Of a stretch of 18,592 bases of DNA, positions 16,106 through 18,592 are shown piece after piece. Within the stretch, counting starts at the first letter, position 1. Every line of letters begins with the position of its first letter. The stretch lies in NCBI GenBank assembly GCA_043812655.1, contig JBDRLW010000023.1, positions 1 through 18,592 of the forward strand. Direction: 5' to 3'. Both the position numbers and the translations under genes were made by a program. This stretch comes from a bacterium (lineage in GTDB: Bacteria; Margulisbacteria; WOR-1; O2-12-FULL-45-9; XYB2-FULL-48-7). The notes below the pieces were generated by a model. That model made no database searches. It saw nothing but the letters and a program-made list of their open reading frames with translations, and had not been told where the DNA came from.

Positions 16106-17332
16106 AAAGAGCATTAGGAAAGAGATCAGGGTAAAACTCCCGATCGTTATCCAGGCGATCACATTATCAACCAGCCGATTGGTGTGCGCGCCCATCAGCC
16201 TCTTATTGTTTATTAACTTGAGGATCACCAAGAAAATGACCGGTAAAACCATGGTATTAAGCGCTTGGGAAGCGGTTAAGATAAAGATCATTGGAAAGCT
16301 CGGGATCAAGACCAAGATCGTGCAGATCAAGATACAAAATCCGATAATAGAATAAAACACCGGTGCGTCAGCAAAAGAAGCGTTTACTTTCCGCTCTGTC
16401 CCCAAAACTTCGGTCAAAGCGTAAGCTGTCCCCATCGAAATGACACAAACACCCAAGAGCGACGCGTTGAGCAAACCCCAAGCAAAAAGATGTTTTGCAA
16501 ATTCGCCCAGGAAAGGGCCTAAAGCTTGGGCCGCGTCAAGCGCGTTTTCGATCCTGATCCCTTTTATATAAAGAGTCGCCGCGCAAGAAATGATAATGAA
16601 ATAAGCCACAAAGTCGGTCCAAAAAGCGCCGAACAAGACATCCAGCCGAGCGCTTTTAATGTGTTTCTTATCTACCCCTTTATCGACAAAGTAAGATTGG
16701 ATAAAAAATTGCCCCCAGACCGTCAAGGTCGTCCCGATCAAAGCGGTCGCGGTAAAAATATATTCGCGGTTAAGGGGAAGATATGGGACAAAACTCCCCT
16801 GCAGCATGGCCGGGATATCTGGCCTAGCGATAAGACCGTTGATCACATAACAAAAGAACAAGATACATGAAGTTAGAAAGATGTTTTGGACAAAATTAAA
16901 ACTCCCTCGCACAATAATGTTCCAAACTAAAAGGGAAAAGATCGGGACAAAAATAACGCGGGGAATGTGGTAAATGTCAGCAACTGAAGCGATACCCGCG
17001 ACATCAGCCAATATATTGGAAAAGTTAGTAATAAAGACCAGGCCGATCAAAAACAGCGCGAATTTTAGCCCTAACCTTTCGCGGATCAAGTCACCTAAAC
17101 CCTTACCTGTCACCACTCCCAGCCTCATCCCCATTTCCTGCGTAACATATAACAATACCGTGATCAATAAAAGGATCCACAGCATCCGGTAGCCAAAATG
17201 AGCGCCAGCGACTGAATAAGTAGCAACACCGCCGGCATCGTTGTCAGCTGTCCCAGTTATGATCCCAGGCCCAATGACCGAGAAAAAAATAAGCAGCCGG
17301 ATCCGCCAATAGGGCCAATTCTTCAGCTTCAT
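16091..17332 (-). CDS. Nramp-family transporter, NRMT (Mg2+) clade
   Basis: 'GPGIITGTADNDAGG' replaces the canonical DPGN motif; QEM..RLG.VTGKGL; polytopic; coupled to the MgtE-N/CBS gene. Confidence 0.88.
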   Translation of the reverse strand: MKLKNWPYWRIRLLIFFSVIGPGIITGTADNDAGGVATYSVAGAHFGYRMLWILLLITVLLYVTQEMGMRLGVVTGKGLGDLIRERLGLKFALFLIGLVFITNFSNILADVAGIASVADIYHIPRVIFVPIFSLLVWNIIVRGSFNFVQNIFLTSCILFFCYVINGLIARPDIPAMLQGSFVPYLPLNREYIFTATALIGTTLTVWGQFFIQSYFVDKGVDKKHIKSARLDVLFGAFWTDFVAYFIIISCAATLYIKGIRIENALDAAQALGPFLGEFAKHLFAWGLLNASLLGVCVISMGTAYALTEVLGTERKVNASFADAPVFYSIIGFCILICTILVLIPSFPMIFILTASQALNTMVLPVIFLVILKLINNKRLMGAHTNRLVDNVIAWITIGSFTLISFLMLFLTFF

Positions 17333-18591
17333 CCGAGCATATTCCTTTTTCGGCGCGAGATCGGCGGCATCACAAGATCCATCACGTCATCAACCGTCAC
17401 GATCCCCATGATCTTCCCGTCTGGATCAACGACCGGCAGTGCCAGCAAATTATATTTAGAGATCAAAGCCGCCACTTCGCGCTGGTTCATTTTGGGGGAA
17501 ATCGTGATCGGGTCCTTGATCATGATTTCCGTGATCGATTTGTTCGGCGGCGCGACGATCAAGCTCCGGAGCGATAAAATACCGACCATTTTCCCAGCTT
17601 CATCAACCACGTATAAGTAGTAGATCGTTTCCGCTGTCGGCGCGTTTTCGCGAAGCCACTGGATGGCCTGTTCAACCGTAAAATGTTGATGGATAGCGAC
17701 AAACTCCGTCGTCATCAGCCCGCCGGCTGTTTCATCTTTATGTTTAAGGAGCTCCCTAACCTGCCCGGCTCTTCGCACTTTCATCAGGCGGATGAGCTCT
17801 TCGGCTTTTTCCGGCGGCAAGTCGCCCAGAATATCGGCCGCTTCATCAACCGGCATTTTCTCAAGGATATTTAAGGCTTTCTTGGTATCAAGCTTAGTAA
17901 TCAAAACCGAAGCCAGCATTGGCTCCAATTCATGAAGGGCTTCGGCCGCGGTCTTTTCTGATAATGAAGATAAGATCTTTGATTTATCTTCCGACTTTAA
18001 TTGGGAAATGACCTGGGCAACATCCGCCGGATGCAGGTCTGTGACAGATTTTGTGGGGATCGCTATCCTTCCCCCCGAAAGATTTTGGACATGGTCCCAG
18101 CCGATCAACTGGTCGGGTATTTTCCTTCCTAACTTACCAACTAACGAACTAACCAACTTCTCCATCCCCAGCCTCCGCAGCATCCCCTTCCACCCTACAT
18201 CCGCCGCGATCAACCTAACATCTTGATCAACTTTAGCCAATTTCAGGTCGTTAACCCTTATAACGCGCGCGCCCTCAAGATCAACCACCTGCTGGTCGAC
18301 GACATCGCGCATCAAGAGGACTTCATCGTTTCTTAGTGTGGTATAAACCACCCGGTCTTTGGTTTGCCTGGTTGAAATGAACTGCCGGCCGATCAGGTCT
18401 ATTTCGCCGATCAGAAGAACTTTATTGCCTTTTTTGCCGTCGGGAGTAACGATCAATAAACCGGTAACTTTGGGGAAAGATTCGCCTAAAGTAATAATAA
18501 TATCTTTAACTTGGCCGATATTTTCTTGCGACCGATCGACCACTGGGCCGCCGATCAGTTCCGACGCGAACATTTCCGAGAATAAGACCAT
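17329..18591 (-). CDS. MgtE intracellular-domain protein (PRC-barrel-like + MgtE_N + 2 CBS), no membrane domain
   Basis: 'LHPADVA', 'MPVDEAADIL', 'TAGGLMTTEF', 'IYYLYVVD', 'GIVTVDDV'; the protein ends before the MgtE transmembrane domain. The start codon is at the window edge. Confidence 0.88.
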   Translation of the reverse strand: MVLFSEMFASELIGGPVVDRSQENIGQVKDIIITLGESFPKVTGLLIVTPDGKKGNKVLLIGEIDLIGRQFISTRQTKDRVVYTTLRNDEVLLMRDVVDQQVVDLEGARVIRVNDLKLAKVDQDVRLIAADVGWKGMLRRLGMEKLVSSLVGKLGRKIPDQLIGWDHVQNLSGGRIAIPTKSVTDLHPADVAQVISQLKSEDKSKILSSLSEKTAAEALHELEPMLASVLITKLDTKKALNILEKMPVDEAADILGDLPPEKAEELIRLMKVRRAGQVRELLKHKDETAGGLMTTEFVAIHQHFTVEQAIQWLRENAPTAETIYYLYVVDEAGKMVGILSLRSLIVAPPNKSITEIMIKDPITISPKMNQREVAALISKYNLLALPVVDPDGKIMGIVTVDDVMDLVMPPISRRKRNMLG

Positions 18592-18592
18592 A

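Noticed and set aside
214..18226. Many 60-207-aa overlapping or antisense ORFs (for example 214-564, 4041-4535, 10892-11515, 16526-16870)
   Set aside because: They are shadows of well-conserved genes, with no motifs or initiation signals.

Overview
Compact bacterial chromosomal window, mostly housekeeping genes: pfkA, leuA, lipoate ligase, gcvPB, a stand-alone sugar ABC ATPase, ribH-ribBA-ribE, nusB, accC, and an Nramp-related Mg2+ transporter paired with an MgtE-N/CBS protein. Accessory material is interspersed. (1) An MntA-HepT toxin-antitoxin pair. (2) A DUF5678-like gene plus a retropepsin-like protease gene; the protease is split by a ~200-bp, four-hairpin, transposase-less element with IS200/IS605-type ends. 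(3) Two unrelated orphan genes, an EF-hand protein and a frameshifted pseudokinase with SelO-like motifs, that share a sigma28/FliA-like upstream motif with identical 11-nt spacing. Many transcription units appear leaderless (-10 box 6-8 nt before the start codon), including a 19-bp bidirectional pfkA/leuA spacer. Degenerate heptamer repeats sit in protein loops and one intergenic spacer. No rRNA, tRNA or CRISPR array was seen. All family calls are from motif recognition by eye; no database search was run, and taxonomy cannot be established from this window.
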